This document shows, piece by piece, positions 18,040 through 28,348 of a stretch of 64,000 nt of DNA. The translations under genes were made by a program, and so were the position numbers. The notes under the pieces are model-generated. The model saw nothing but the letters and a program-made list of their open reading frames with translations. It ran no database searches and was not told where the DNA came from. How positions within the stretch are numbered: position 1 is the stretch's first letter; each line of letters opens with the position of its first letter. Source of the DNA: an uncultured Clostridium sp. (GTDB lineage Bacteria > Cyanobacteriota > Vampirovibrionia > Gastranaerophilales > Gastranaerophilaceae); the NCBI GenBank assembly GCA_902472585.1, contig CABROM010000001.1, forward strand, positions 221,864 to 285,863. Direction: 5' to 3'.

Positions 18040-19116
18040 ATGAGTATCATAGCAGATGACAACGATTTTCAACAAAAAAGCATATCCGAAAAGAAAAAAA
18101 ATTCGGTAATTAAATGTGAATGCCTTGAAAATGATAAAAATTTTGAAAATTGTATCCGTCCAAAAACTTTTGACTCGTACATAGGTCAATCTGCTCTTAA
18201 AGAAACCTTAAAAATTTCAATTGCCGCAGCAAAAAAACGAGGACTTCCTCTTGATCACTTACTTTTTTACGGTCCACCGGGATTAGGGAAAACGACACTT
18301 GCAGGTGTAATTGCCGAGCAAATGGGAGTTGATATCAAAATTACATCAGCCCCTGCTCTTGAAAGACCTCGAGATATTATAGGAATTTTAATGTCTTTAA
18401 AGGGTGGCGAAATATTATTCATAGATGAAATTCATAGACTGAATAAAGTTGCGGAAGAAATTTTATACCCTGCTATGGAAGACTTTTTCTTAGATATGAC
18501 AACAGGGAAAAGTCAAACGGTAAAAACTCTTCGCGTACCGCTTCCAAAATTTACACTAATCGGTGCAACAACAAAAGCAGGAGAATTGTCAGGGCCGTTA
18601 CGTGACCGTTTTGGAATTATCCACAGACTTGAATTTTACACAGAAGATGAATTAGCTCAAGTTATAAAAAGAACAGCAGGAATTTTAAATATAGAAATTA
18701 CGGAAGAAGGAGCACAGGCTATTGCAAAAAGATCCCGCGGAACTCCTCGTATAGCAAACAGACTTGTCAAAAGGGTTGCAGATTATGCACTCGTAAAACA
18801 TGACGGAAAAATAACAGAAGATATAGCAAACAAATCACTTGATATCTTAAAAATAGATAATTTTGGGCTTGATAATACAGATAGAAGCCTATTAAGATTA
18901 ATTATCGAAAAATATGACGGTGGGCCTGTCGGAATAGAAACAATTGCAGCAGCGATAGGAGAAGATGTCAGAACAATTGAAGATGTTTGCGAACCTTTCT
19001 TATTACAAGCAGGCTTGTTGCAACGAACACCTCGAGGAAGAAAAGTTTCTCCTGAAACTTACAGACACTTGGGTTACAAAAATTATAAAAACAATGAACA
19101 ACAAAGTTTATTTTAA
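18040..19116 (+). CDS. ruvB: Holliday junction branch-migration ATPase RuvB (with ~40-aa N-terminal extension)
   Basis: [11 protein letters not shown]...[19 protein letters not shown] Walker A plus RuvB-specific motifs. Confidence 0.9.
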   Translation: MSIIADDNDFQQKSISEKKKNSVIKCECLENDKNFENCIRPKTFDSYIGQSALKETLKISIAAAKKRGLPLDHLLFYGPPGLGKTTLAGVIAEQMGVDIKITSAPALERPRDIIGILMSLKGGEILFIDEIHRLNKVAEEILYPAMEDFFLDMTTGKSQTVKTLRVPLPKFTLIGATTKAGELSGPLRDRFGIIHRLEFYTEDELAQVIKRTAGILNIEITEEGAQAIAKRSRGTPRIANRLVKRVADYALVKHDGKITEDIANKSLDILKIDNFGLDNTDRSLLRLIIEKYDGGPVGIETIAAAIGEDVRTIEDVCEPFLLQAGLLQRTPRGRKVSPETYRHLGYKNYKNNEQQSLF

Positions 19117-19196
19117 AAATAATAATTAAATATTATTATTTCTAATGTTATCTATATTTTTTTATGGTAAATTTATGCTTGGTTAGGAGATATTTT

Positions 19197-20342
19197 ATGA
19201 AAAAATTTATCATAATTTTATTTTTATTAATGGGATTTTTTACACAATGCTATGGCGCAGATGACAATAAAACAGTTTTGCCATCTGAAACAGGTATTGT
19301 TGAAAATATTAAATATGAAGATGCAGACGGGCTAAACCAAGGAGAAGAAACGACAAAACAAGTTGTTACCGTAAAGGTTTTAACAGGAGATTTTAAAGGA
19401 ACAGAAAGAATTATTGATAACATGCTAACAGGCAACCCTGCATACGATATAAACCTTTCCAAAGGAGAAAGAGTTGTTTTGCATGTTGAACCGGTTTCTG
19501 ACACGGTTTCAACCGCAGATGATGTAGATTTCTTTATCGCAGATATTAAACGTGATAAACAAATATATATCTTTACAGGCATATTCTTTGCACTGCTTTT
19601 GCTTATAGGCAAGAAAAAAGGTTTAACAAGTATTATTTCAATCATATCTACAATTACACTTGTATTTTTCATGCTTTTACCAATGATATTAAAAGGTTTT
19701 TCACCAATTGCATCAGCAGTTTTAACAGGCATCTTGTCGACAATCATAACGATTTATCTTGTTGGCGGATTAAATTCAAAAAGTTCTTCCGCAATAATTG
19801 GTGCTGCAATAAGCCTTGTTTTTGCAGGCGGACTTTCTATGCTTGCAATATATTTTGCACATCTTACAGGCTTTGCAGGTGAAGAAAACATGTTTTTATA
19901 CACAGCAAGACCAGATTTAAGTTTCACAGGAATTCTTGCAGCCTCAATGATTATAAGCGCATTAGGAGCACTAATGGATACATCGGTATCAATTGCAAGT
20001 ACTGTCAACGAAATTTTTGAAACAGATAAAACACTTTCAATAAAGCAATTATTCAAATCAGGAATGAATGTAGGGCGTGATATTATAGGTACAATGTCAA
20101 ACACACTTATTCTGGTTTATCTTGGCGGAGCATTATCACTTGTTCTTTTATCAAACAATATTGATATGAACAAATTTTTCAACCTTAACCAAGTAGCAAC
20201 AGAAATTCTATCCGCAATCACAGGAAGTATCGCAATTTTATTTTGCGTTCCAATTACGGCAATTATTGCAGCCTACTTAATTAAACGCAGCAGCAATAAA
20301 CAAAAAACTGATTTTAACTTAAATCAAATTGATATACATTAA
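19197..20342 (+). CDS. YibE/F-like integral membrane protein with N-terminal signal/anchor and periplasmic domain
   Basis: MKKFIIILFLLMGF signal, an ~120-aa soluble domain, then ~8 TM helices. RBS taggaga before ATG 19197. Confidence 0.45.
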   Translation: MKKFIIILFLLMGFFTQCYGADDNKTVLPSETGIVENIKYEDADGLNQGEETTKQVVTVKVLTGDFKGTERIIDNMLTGNPAYDINLSKGERVVLHVEPVSDTVSTADDVDFFIADIKRDKQIYIFTGIFFALLLLIGKKKGLTSIISIISTITLVFFMLLPMILKGFSPIASAVLTGILSTIITIYLVGGLNSKSSSAIIGAAISLVFAGGLSMLAIYFAHLTGFAGEENMFLYTARPDLSFTGILAASMIISALGALMDTSVSIASTVNEIFETDKTLSIKQLFKSGMNVGRDIIGTMSNTLILVYLGGALSLVLLSNNIDMNKFFNLNQVATEILSAITGSIAILFCVPITAIIAAYLIKRSSNKQKTDFNLNQIDIH

Positions 20343-20392
20343 TATTTATAATTACTTAATCATACAAAACAAAATTAATATTTTTATAAAAA

Positions 20393-20421
20393 AAGGAGAG
20401 TTAAAAAACTCTCCTTTTTCC
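20393..20421. terminator. Bidirectional terminator between the YibE/F-like gene and convergent metK
   Basis: aaaaaggagagttaaaaaactctccttttt. Confidence 0.75.
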
Positions 20422-20437
20422 AGTTTTTATTATATAC

Positions 20438-21712
20438 CTACTTTGAAGAAGAACAACAATCACAAGCAGCAGACTTTAAAATATCTGCTTTATCTGTTCT
20501 TTCCCAAGGTACATCAATATCAGTTCTGCCCATATGACCGTAAGCAGCTAATAATTGATAGAACTTACCGCCATTTTTAGCAGGCAAACCGCGCAAGTCA
20601 AACTGATTAATAATAGCAGCAGGTCTTAAATCAAAGTATTTGAATACTAATTTAGAAATTTCATCATCAGAAATTTTACCAGTACCGAATGTATCAACCA
20701 TAATTGAAACAGGTTCTGCAACACCTATTGCATAAGCCAATTCAATTTCACATTTATCAGCTAAACCTGCAGCAACAATGTTTTTAGCAACCCATCTTGC
20801 AGCATAAGCAGCAGATCTGTCAACTTTTGTAGGATCCTTACCAGAAAATGCTCCGCCGCCATGACGAGAATAACCACCGTAAGTATCAACAATAATCTTA
20901 CGACCTGTCAAACCGGCATCCCCTTGAGGGCCACCAACAACAAAACGTCCTGATGGGTTTACAAGAATTTTTGTTTCACTATCTAATTTAATAGCTTCGT
21001 GAGCAAAAACTTCATCAATTACATAAGCAGTAATATCTCTTTTTATAATTTCTTGAACTTTATGATTATCAGACACACCGTCAATTTCAGGATCATGCTG
21101 AGTAGAAATCAAAACAGTATGAATTCTTGAAGGTTTTCCATCAACATATTCAACAGTAACCTGAGATTTTCCATCCGGTCTTAAATATTTAAGAATACCT
21201 TGTTTTCTAACCTGAGCTAATCTATGTGATAATTTATGAGCTAAGCTGATTGGCAAAGGCATCAATTCAGGAGTTTCGTTACAAGCGTAACCAAACATAA
21301 TTCCCTGATCACCTGCACCGATATCATCTGTTTCAGAAGATGAAGTATCAGCATTATCAGATCTTGTTTCAAATGCTTTGTTAACTCCGCCAGCGATATC
21401 ACAAGATTGTTCATCAATACTTGTCAAAACTGCGCAAGTATCAGCATCAAAACCACCACCTGAAGCACCTGAATAACCGATATTTTTAATAGTGCTTCTT
21501 ACAACTGATGGGATATCAACATAACAATCAGATGTAATTTCACCGCAAACAAGAGCCATACCTGTTGTAACAGTAGTTTCTGCTGCAACTCTTGATTGAG
21601 GGTATTTTGTCAAAAACTCGTCCAAAATAGCATCAGAAATCTGATCGCATACTTTGTCGGGGTGTCCTTCCGTAACTGATTCGGAAGTGAATAAAAAGTT
21701 TCTTGGTGTCAT
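20438..21712 (-). CDS. metK: S-adenosylmethionine synthetase (with short Cys-rich C-terminal extension)
   Basis: [31 protein letters not shown]. 424 aa, ending ...[11 protein letters not shown]. Confidence 0.93.
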   Translation of the reverse strand: MTPRNFLFTSESVTEGHPDKVCDQISDAILDEFLTKYPQSRVAAETTVTTGMALVCGEITSDCYVDIPSVVRSTIKNIGYSGASGGGFDADTCAVLTSIDEQSCDIAGGVNKAFETRSDNADTSSSETDDIGAGDQGIMFGYACNETPELMPLPISLAHKLSHRLAQVRKQGILKYLRPDGKSQVTVEYVDGKPSRIHTVLISTQHDPEIDGVSDNHKVQEIIKRDITAYVIDEVFAHEAIKLDSETKILVNPSGRFVVGGPQGDAGLTGRKIIVDTYGGYSRHGGGAFSGKDPTKVDRSAAYAARWVAKNIVAAGLADKCEIELAYAIGVAEPVSIMVDTFGTGKISDDEISKLVFKYFDLRPAAIINQFDLRGLPAKNGGKFYQLLAAYGHMGRTDIDVPWERTDKADILKSAACDCCSSSK

Positions 21713-21738
21713 TTCAAATTCTCCTTAATTTGTATTTT

Positions 21739-21800
21739 AGGATTCGGCGAACCTATCACCGTCAATCCGCCGGTAAGGTTTTTAATTCCGACCCGGCAAC
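21739..21800 (-). promoter_or_regulatory. GC-rich structured element in the metK 5' leader; candidate riboswitch-like regulatory RNA
   Basis: A GC island in an AT-rich intergenic region, 25-85 nt upstream of the metK ATG. Two mutually exclusive helices share the ccgccgg segment (cggcg/cgccg and gccgg/ccggc). Confidence 0.35.
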
Positions 21801-22084
21801 ATCATTAAGAACCATTGTACAACCAAAAAATTTGAAAAGCAAACATTCTATGAAAATATATTAAATTATTTATTATAAGAAACACTGACAACAATATCTT
21901 TTTCATTCAAATCAATTATTGCCCAGCGAACAATATTTGAATATGTATTAATCAATTGCTTTTCAATATATTCATCATCAAAATTATCAACTTTTGTTAT
22001 TCTTATTGTATCTGATTTAATCATAACTTGATTTTACTACAAATAGAATTGATTTTATAAATATTATCTGCTACCCTAAAAAAT

Positions 22085-22900
22085 ATGAAAGAAAGATTAG
22101 ACAAATACCTGACTGATTTAGGATATTTTGAAACAAAAAGCAAAGCAGCTGCAGCTATTCTTGCAGGACATGTAAAAATTAATGATGAATATATTACAAA
22201 ATCAGGATTTCAAATTAATCCTGCTAAAGAATATGATATTCAAGTTAAATCAATGCCATTTGTTTCAAGGGGTGGATTTAAGCTAAAAAAAGCCTTAGAT
22301 ACATTCCCTGTAAAAGTTGAGGGAAGAATTTGCTTTGATGCAGGAGCATCAACCGGAGGTTTTACAGATTGTCTGCTTCAAAACGGTGCAAAATTTGTAT
22401 ACGCAGTTGATGTCGGCTACGGACAATTAGATTGGAAAATCCGCTCTGATAAAAGAGTTAAAACAATAGAGAGAACAAATCTTAAAATATGTTCTTTTCA
22501 AGATATTTATTCAGAAAATGAGCCGATTGCAGACCTTTTAGTGAGTGATTTGTCTTTTATTTCGTTGACAAAAGTTCTTGGGAATTTACAAAAACTTCTC
22601 AACACAGAACATCATGAAATGATTTGTCTTATAAAACCTCAATTTGAAGCAGGGAAAGAAAAAGTTGAAAAAGGCGGGGTTGTAAGAGATAAAAAAGTAC
22701 ATTTTGAAGTTATTGAAAATGTAATAAATTTTGCAAAAAATCTTGGATATACAATTAAAGGACTTACATTTTCATCAATAAAAGGTCCGTCAGGGAATAT
22801 TGAATATTTAGTTTGGCTTTCAACAGATAAAACTGAAAAAGCTGAAGATTTTAATATCAAAGAAATTATTGATACTGCATTTGAAACTTTAAATTCCTAA
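22085..22900 (+). CDS. tlyA: TlyA-family rRNA 2'-O-methyltransferase (hemolysin A-like)
   Basis: S4-like N-terminus (MKERLDKYLTDLGYFETKSKAAAAILAGHVKIND) and FtsJ-like GASTGGFTDCLLQNGA motif. Confidence 0.88.
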   Translation: MKERLDKYLTDLGYFETKSKAAAAILAGHVKINDEYITKSGFQINPAKEYDIQVKSMPFVSRGGFKLKKALDTFPVKVEGRICFDAGASTGGFTDCLLQNGAKFVYAVDVGYGQLDWKIRSDKRVKTIERTNLKICSFQDIYSENEPIADLLVSDLSFISLTKVLGNLQKLLNTEHHEMICLIKPQFEAGKEKVEKGGVVRDKKVHFEVIENVINFAKNLGYTIKGLTFSSIKGPSGNIEYLVWLSTDKTEKAEDFNIKEIIDTAFETLNS

Positions 22901-23316
22901 ATTTTAGGAAGTCCTACAACCGGAGTTGCACCGTATAAATCAATATATCTAAAGAAATTCAAAACGACTCCCGGTTGGAAAAAGTAATTGTTATTTGTCG
23001 GCGTAATTTTTAACATAGAATGATTGCTATCAACTTTTACAACGCTTGCAAGATAATCTTTATTTACAGCATTAAACAATATATAACCTGTTTTAGACTG
23101 CATCTCCTCAACCGTAAATCTGTTTGCATTAGCACTTGCAAGAGCCATATAAAACAATTTTTCAGGTGAAAGTTTATAAGTTCTTGTGCAAATATTGAAA
23201 TTTACATTTTGAGGAGTAACAAGCGTACTCAACAACAAATCATCCGCCTTTACAGAAATTTGACTTAAAAATAAAACGCATAAAAAAGTTATAAAATATT
23301 TTATTGTTCTTTCCAT
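22897..23316 (-). CDS. Hypothetical secreted protein (signal peptide)
   Basis: MERTIKYFITFLCVLFLSQISVKA signal peptide. 139 aa. Wedged between polA and tlyA with small overlaps. Confidence 0.45.
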   Translation of the reverse strand: MERTIKYFITFLCVLFLSQISVKADDLLLSTLVTPQNVNFNICTRTYKLSPEKLFYMALASANANRFTVEEMQSKTGYILFNAVNKDYLASVVKVDSNHSMLKITPTNNNYFFQPGVVLNFFRYIDLYGATPVVGLPKI

Positions 23317-26156
23317 GATTCACCTACATTCACATCGACAACAAGCGGAACTGATAAAGGTTGATTCAATTCCATTGCCTCTTTTACTAATTTTGATACA
23401 ATCTCAAGTTCGGGTTTATAAACTTCAACCACAAGTTCATCGTGAACCTGCATAATCATTTTTGATTTTAAATTATTTTCTTTCAATTTTTTTGCAAAAT
23501 CAATCATTGCAATTTTCATTAAATCAGCAGCAGTACCTTGCATTGGCTGATTAATTGCAGCACGTTTTGCAAATTCTCTTATCATACCGTTTGAGCTTGA
23601 AAGTTCTGTTGATAAATATCTTTTGCGGCCGAATATCGTTTGTACATAACCGTTTTCTTCAGCTTGCAAAACAGTAGCCTCCATATAAGCTTTTACTTTT
23701 GAATAAGTTGCAAAATATTTATTTATAAAAGTTTCCGCCTCAGCATTTGAAATTCCTAAAGCTTTTGCAAGACCGTATTTGCTTTGCCCGTATATTATTC
23801 CAAAATTTACAGCCTTTGATTTATAACGCATTTCTTTAGTAACTTCTTCAACCGGTACATCAAAAACCTTTGAAGCAGTTAAGGTATGAACATCTACTCC
23901 GCTATTAAATGCTTCTTGCAAATGCTTATCTTGACTTATGTGAGCCAACAATCTTAGCTCAATCTGAGAATAATCCGCAGATAATATAAGCCCGTTTTCT
24001 CTATCTCCGGCAACAAATGCGTTTCTAATCTTATTACCTTCTTCAGTTCTGACAGGTATATTTTGCAAATTAGGATTTGAAGAAGACAATCTGCCTGTTG
24101 CAGTAACAGTCTGATTATAAGTTGTATGAATTCTGTTATCTTTTCTATCAATCAATGCAGGAAGTGCCTCTGTATAAGTTGATTTCAACTTTGAATATCT
24201 TCTGTAATCCAAAATTAATTTTGCTATTTCATAATCTTCAGCCAACTCTTCAAGCACAGCAGCATTTGTAGAATAACTTGTTTTACCACGTTTTTTCTTT
24301 GCTTTAAGTCCCATCTTATCAAATAAAACTTCACCAACCTGACGAGGAGAATTTATATTGAAAGGTTGTCCTGCCAAATCATAGATTTTACCTTCAATTT
24401 TTGACAATTCATTATTCATAAATGTTGTCAATTCATGCAAATAACTTTCATCAACCGCAACACCTGTATATTCCATATCAGCAAGCACAAATGTTAAAGG
24501 AACTTCTACATTATAAGTAAGTTCAAGCTCCTTCTCATCAAGATTTTTAACCCAATAACGAGTAAGTTCAAGAATACAAAAAGCTTCATCAGTCGCAAAA
24601 TCAAAAACACTATCAAGATTTGCATCTTTAAATGAAATTTGCTTTTTCTTATTCTTTTCAAATGGTGCAAAAGCAGGAACTGCATGGTTTAATTGTTCCA
24701 TAGCCTGAATATCAAGTTCATGATTTCTTTGCGGATCTTTCACATAACTTGCTAATACAGTATCAAAAATTATGCCTTTTGCATTAATATCAATATTTCT
24801 TAAAATATTAAATTGCGTTTTCACATCATGAGCAGTTTTTTTAATATTTTCATCTTCAAATATAGGTTTTAACAAACCAATTACATCATCAATTCTCAAC
24901 TGATTTTCAGCATTTGAATGTTTTAGCGGAATATAAAAAGTTTTTGTCACACTGTTACTATCTGTTTGAACTGATATTTTAGAATCAGCAGAAATATTTG
25001 AATTATATGCAAACGCAACACCTACAACATCTGACGTAATCGCATTTTTTACATCAGCATAAATATTGAAAGCAATCAATGATTGCCCTTTCAATTCATC
25101 AATCATTTGTGATAAATCTGAAGAATCAGTAATCAATTTTTTATCAAATTTAAAATCACTTTCTTTATTAATTTCTTCATTTACAGCATCAGCAAAAAAT
25201 CCTAACTGCATAGTTCCTTTTTTTTCAACTGAAGGAATATTTACAGCACCTTCAACCTTGTCAAAAGAATATAAAATCTCGTTAATATTTTTGATAAATG
25301 TGTAAAACTGCATTTTTTTCAAAAATTCAGTAACAACAGAAACCTCAGGCAAATCAACCTTTGTTTTATCAAAATCGAAATCAATATCAAGATTTCTAAC
25401 AATAGTTGCAAGATATTGACTTAACTTAGCCTGCTCTTTTCCTGCACAAATTTTTTCTCTTATTGATTTTTCAGGAATATTTTCACAATCAGCAAGAACA
25501 TTATCCAGAGTAGAATATTTTGCAAGAAGTTTTTGAGCAGTTTTTTCGCCTATCCCCTTAACCCCGGGTATGCAGTCAGACACATCTCCTCGCAGGCCTT
25601 TATAATCTATAACCTGATTTGGATAAACCCCTAATTTTTCATAAATTTTATCCCAATTATATTCAATCAACTCACCTTTTGAAGGCAAAATAACCTTCAC
25701 GCAACCATCTTTATCAACTAGCTGAAAAGCGTCCTGATCACCAGTCAAAATCAAAACTTTATGTCCTAGTTCGCATGCTTTTTTAGAAATTGTTCCGATG
25801 ACATCATCCGCCTCAAATCCCTCTTTTGTATAAATAGGAATATTAAATGCCTTTAATCCTTCAAAAATTAAACCCATTTGGATTTGCATATTATCAGGCA
25901 TAGCAGCACGATTTGATTTATAATCCGAAAAAGTTTCAGTACGAAAAGTTCTATGACTTACATCAAATGCAACGGCAATAGCATCAGCATTCAAATCATT
26001 ATTTTTTAAAAGGTCAAATATAGCTTTAAAAAAGCCATAAACAGCCCATGTCGGAGTGCCGTCAGAAGTTCTCATATTGCTTCTTTCTAAAGCATAATAT
26101 TGCCTAAAAGCCAATGCATGTCCATCTATTAATATTAAAGTTTTATTTTCTGCCAT
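23301..26156 (-). CDS. polA: DNA polymerase I
   Basis: 5'-3' exonuclease N-terminus (LILIDGHALAFRQYYA), polymerase motif A/C (QVHDELVVEV). 951 aa. Confidence 0.95.
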   Translation of the reverse strand: MAENKTLILIDGHALAFRQYYALERSNMRTSDGTPTWAVYGFFKAIFDLLKNNDLNADAIAVAFDVSHRTFRTETFSDYKSNRAAMPDNMQIQMGLIFEGLKAFNIPIYTKEGFEADDVIGTISKKACELGHKVLILTGDQDAFQLVDKDGCVKVILPSKGELIEYNWDKIYEKLGVYPNQVIDYKGLRGDVSDCIPGVKGIGEKTAQKLLAKYSTLDNVLADCENIPEKSIREKICAGKEQAKLSQYLATIVRNLDIDFDFDKTKVDLPEVSVVTEFLKKMQFYTFIKNINEILYSFDKVEGAVNIPSVEKKGTMQLGFFADAVNEEINKESDFKFDKKLITDSSDLSQMIDELKGQSLIAFNIYADVKNAITSDVVGVAFAYNSNISADSKISVQTDSNSVTKTFYIPLKHSNAENQLRIDDVIGLLKPIFEDENIKKTAHDVKTQFNILRNIDINAKGIIFDTVLASYVKDPQRNHELDIQAMEQLNHAVPAFAPFEKNKKKQISFKDANLDSVFDFATDEAFCILELTRYWVKNLDEKELELTYNVEVPLTFVLADMEYTGVAVDESYLHELTTFMNNELSKIEGKIYDLAGQPFNINSPRQVGEVLFDKMGLKAKKKRGKTSYSTNAAVLEELAEDYEIAKLILDYRRYSKLKSTYTEALPALIDRKDNRIHTTYNQTVTATGRLSSSNPNLQNIPVRTEEGNKIRNAFVAGDRENGLILSADYSQIELRLLAHISQDKHLQEAFNSGVDVHTLTASKVFDVPVEEVTKEMRYKSKAVNFGIIYGQSKYGLAKALGISNAEAETFINKYFATYSKVKAYMEATVLQAEENGYVQTIFGRKRYLSTELSSSNGMIREFAKRAAINQPMQGTAADLMKIAMIDFAKKLKENNLKSKMIMQVHDELVVEVYKPELEIVSKLVKEAMELNQPLSVPLVVDVNVGESWKEQ

Positions 26157-26217
26157 ATATATATTTTTTCATAAAACAGCATGTTTTACAAATATGTTAA
26201 GTAATTAATTACTAAAA

Positions 26218-26246
26218 AAGGCGATTATTAAAACCGCCTTTTATAA
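26218..26246 (-). terminator. Rho-independent terminator downstream of clpX (minus strand)
   Basis: Minus strand aaaaggcggttttaataatcgccttttttag. Confidence 0.65.
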
Positions 26247-26252
26247 CTTATT

Positions 26253-27557
26253 CTATGCTGTAATTTCCTTATCTTTTACAGTTGTCGGAAGAGGTACAAC
26301 CTCAGCATTTTTTCTGTTCCTTACCATATCAGCAGTTACAACAAATTTTGTTATATCCTTTTTGGTTGGAACATCATACATAACATCAAGCATTATCTCT
26401 TCAACAATTGATCTTAATGCTCTTGCACCTGTCTTACGTTTGATAGCTTCTTGAGCAATCAAATCAATAGCTTCAGGTTCAAATTCCAAATCAACACCAT
26501 CCATTTCCAATAAACATTTATATTGTTTAAGAACAGCATTTTTAGGTTCTGTCAAAATCATCTTCAATGTTTTTTCATTCAATTCATCAAGAACTGCATA
26601 AATTGGAACACGACCTATAAATTCAGGAATTAAACCAAATTTTAACAAGTCTTCAGGCTGCAATTTCTTAAGCATTTTAACAGCAGCGGCATCTTTTTCA
26701 GCTTGAGTCATAGGAGCTTTTGCACCAAACCCAACAGAAATACCTTCACCTGCTCTGCGTTCAACGATTTTTTCCAAACCTACAAACGCACCACCAACAA
26801 TAAATAATATATTGCTTGTATCAATTTCGATAAATTCTTGATGCGGATGTTTTCTTCCCCCTTGAGGCGGAACATGTGCAACAGTACCTTCAATCATCTT
26901 CAATAAAGCCTGTTGAACACCTTCACCTGAAACATCACGGGTAATAGATGTATTTTCAGATTTTCTTGAAATCTTATCAATTTCATCGATATATATAATA
27001 CCTCTTTCAGCTTTTGAAGAATCAAAATCAGCATTTTGATATAAACGAAGTAATATATTTTCAACATCATCACCGACATACCCTGCTTCGGTCAAAGTAG
27101 TTGCATCTGCAACAGCAAAAGGTACATCTAACATTTTTGCAAGCGTTTGAGCCAATAAAGTTTTACCTGAACCTGTCGGTCCGACAAGAAGAATATTTGA
27201 CTTTTGAATTTCAACATTATCCTTCAAATCAGCTTCTTTATTGTGTTTTAATCTCTTGTAGTGATTATAAACAGCAACTGATAAAACTTTTTTGGCATCA
27301 TCCTGACCAACAATATATTCATCAAGATATGCTTTTATTTCATGAGGTTTTGGAATAGGTTTTTCTTCAGCTTTAGCTTCTTCTCCACCGTTTTCCTTAT
27401 CTTTATTTTCAAAGAATTCTTCATCAAGTATCTGATTACAAAGTTCTACACATTCATCGCAAATATAAACTTCAGGACCTGCAATCAATTTTTTTACTTG
27501 ATCTTGAGATTTTCCGCAAAATGAACATTTTAATCTACTGTCATCATGTTTTGGCAT
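26253..27557 (-). CDS. clpX: ATP-dependent Clp protease ATP-binding subunit ClpX
   Basis: Zinc-binding CSFCGKSQ...CDEC N-terminus. Walker [19 protein letters not shown]. Confidence 0.95.
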   Translation of the reverse strand: MPKHDDSRLKCSFCGKSQDQVKKLIAGPEVYICDECVELCNQILDEEFFENKDKENGGEEAKAEEKPIPKPHEIKAYLDEYIVGQDDAKKVLSVAVYNHYKRLKHNKEADLKDNVEIQKSNILLVGPTGSGKTLLAQTLAKMLDVPFAVADATTLTEAGYVGDDVENILLRLYQNADFDSSKAERGIIYIDEIDKISRKSENTSITRDVSGEGVQQALLKMIEGTVAHVPPQGGRKHPHQEFIEIDTSNILFIVGGAFVGLEKIVERRAGEGISVGFGAKAPMTQAEKDAAAVKMLKKLQPEDLLKFGLIPEFIGRVPIYAVLDELNEKTLKMILTEPKNAVLKQYKCLLEMDGVDLEFEPEAIDLIAQEAIKRKTGARALRSIVEEIMLDVMYDVPTKKDITKFVVTADMVRNRKNAEVVPLPTTVKDKEITA

Positions 27558-27622
27558 TTCTTACACCACAGCCTACATTTTTAAATAGTTTTATTTAAAA
27601 ATACAAGCCTATCCTTTCTTTC

Positions 27623-28213
27623 TTACTTAATTGCATCTCTTGAAATAACTTTATCAATCATACCGTATTCAAGTGCTTCGGCAGGAGTCATAATATAATC
27701 ACGATCAGTATCTTTTTCAATTTTCTTAATAGACTGACCTGTATTTGAAGCAAGAATTTCGTTCAATGATTTTTTAATTCTTATAATTTCAGCAGCTTGA
27801 ATTTCAATATCAGTAGCCTGACCTTGAGCACCGCCTAGAGGTTGGTGAATAAGTACACGAGAATGAGGTAAAGCCATACGTTTTCCTTTAGCACCTGAAG
27901 ATAAAAGGAATGCGCCCATTGAAGCAGCTTGACCTAAACAAATTGTAGAAACATCTGCTCTGATATGCTGCATAGTATCATAAATAGCAAAACCTGCAGT
28001 TACAGAACCACCTGGGCTGTTTATATATAGCATAATATCTTTTTCAGGATTTTCACTATCTAACAATAACAATTGAGCAACGATTAAATTTGCAACCATG
28101 TCATCAATAGGAGTTCCCAAGAAAATAATTCTCTCTCTTAACAATCTTGAAAAGATATCAAAAGAACGTTCACCTCTGCTGGATTGCTCTATTACAACGG
28201 GTACAAAACTCAT
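27623..28213 (-). CDS. clpP: ATP-dependent Clp protease proteolytic subunit ClpP
   Basis: [30 protein letters not shown]...[11 protein letters not shown] with the Ser-His-Asp context. Confidence 0.95.
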   Translation of the reverse strand: MSFVPVVIEQSSRGERSFDIFSRLLRERIIFLGTPIDDMVANLIVAQLLLLDSENPEKDIMLYINSPGGSVTAGFAIYDTMQHIRADVSTICLGQAASMGAFLLSSGAKGKRMALPHSRVLIHQPLGGAQGQATDIEIQAAEIIRIKKSLNEILASNTGQSIKKIEKDTDRDYIMTPAEALEYGMIDKVISRDAIK

Positions 28214-28348
28214 GATTAATTCCCTTTCTTTTTATCTCGTGTTTGATAATACTTTTTACCAAACATATTAATATTCATTGTATAACTTTTTATAATATTA
28301 ATCAAAAATGTGCCGTTGTAAATACGGCACATATATTATTTGAAATTT

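Noticed and set aside
20329-20580. 83-aa ORF on + strand overlapping the metK 3' end and the terminator
   Set aside because: It spans a bidirectional terminator hairpin and the antisense strand of the metK C-terminus. Composition is Ile/Asn/Lys/Tyr low-complexity and there is no RBS.
21713-21900. Canonical SAM-I riboswitch upstream of metK
   Set aside because: None of the SAM-I hallmark strings (GAGGGA...GGCCC...UGAAACC...GGCAACC...GGUGCUAAUUCC) are present on the metK strand. The element is retained only as an unclassified structured leader.
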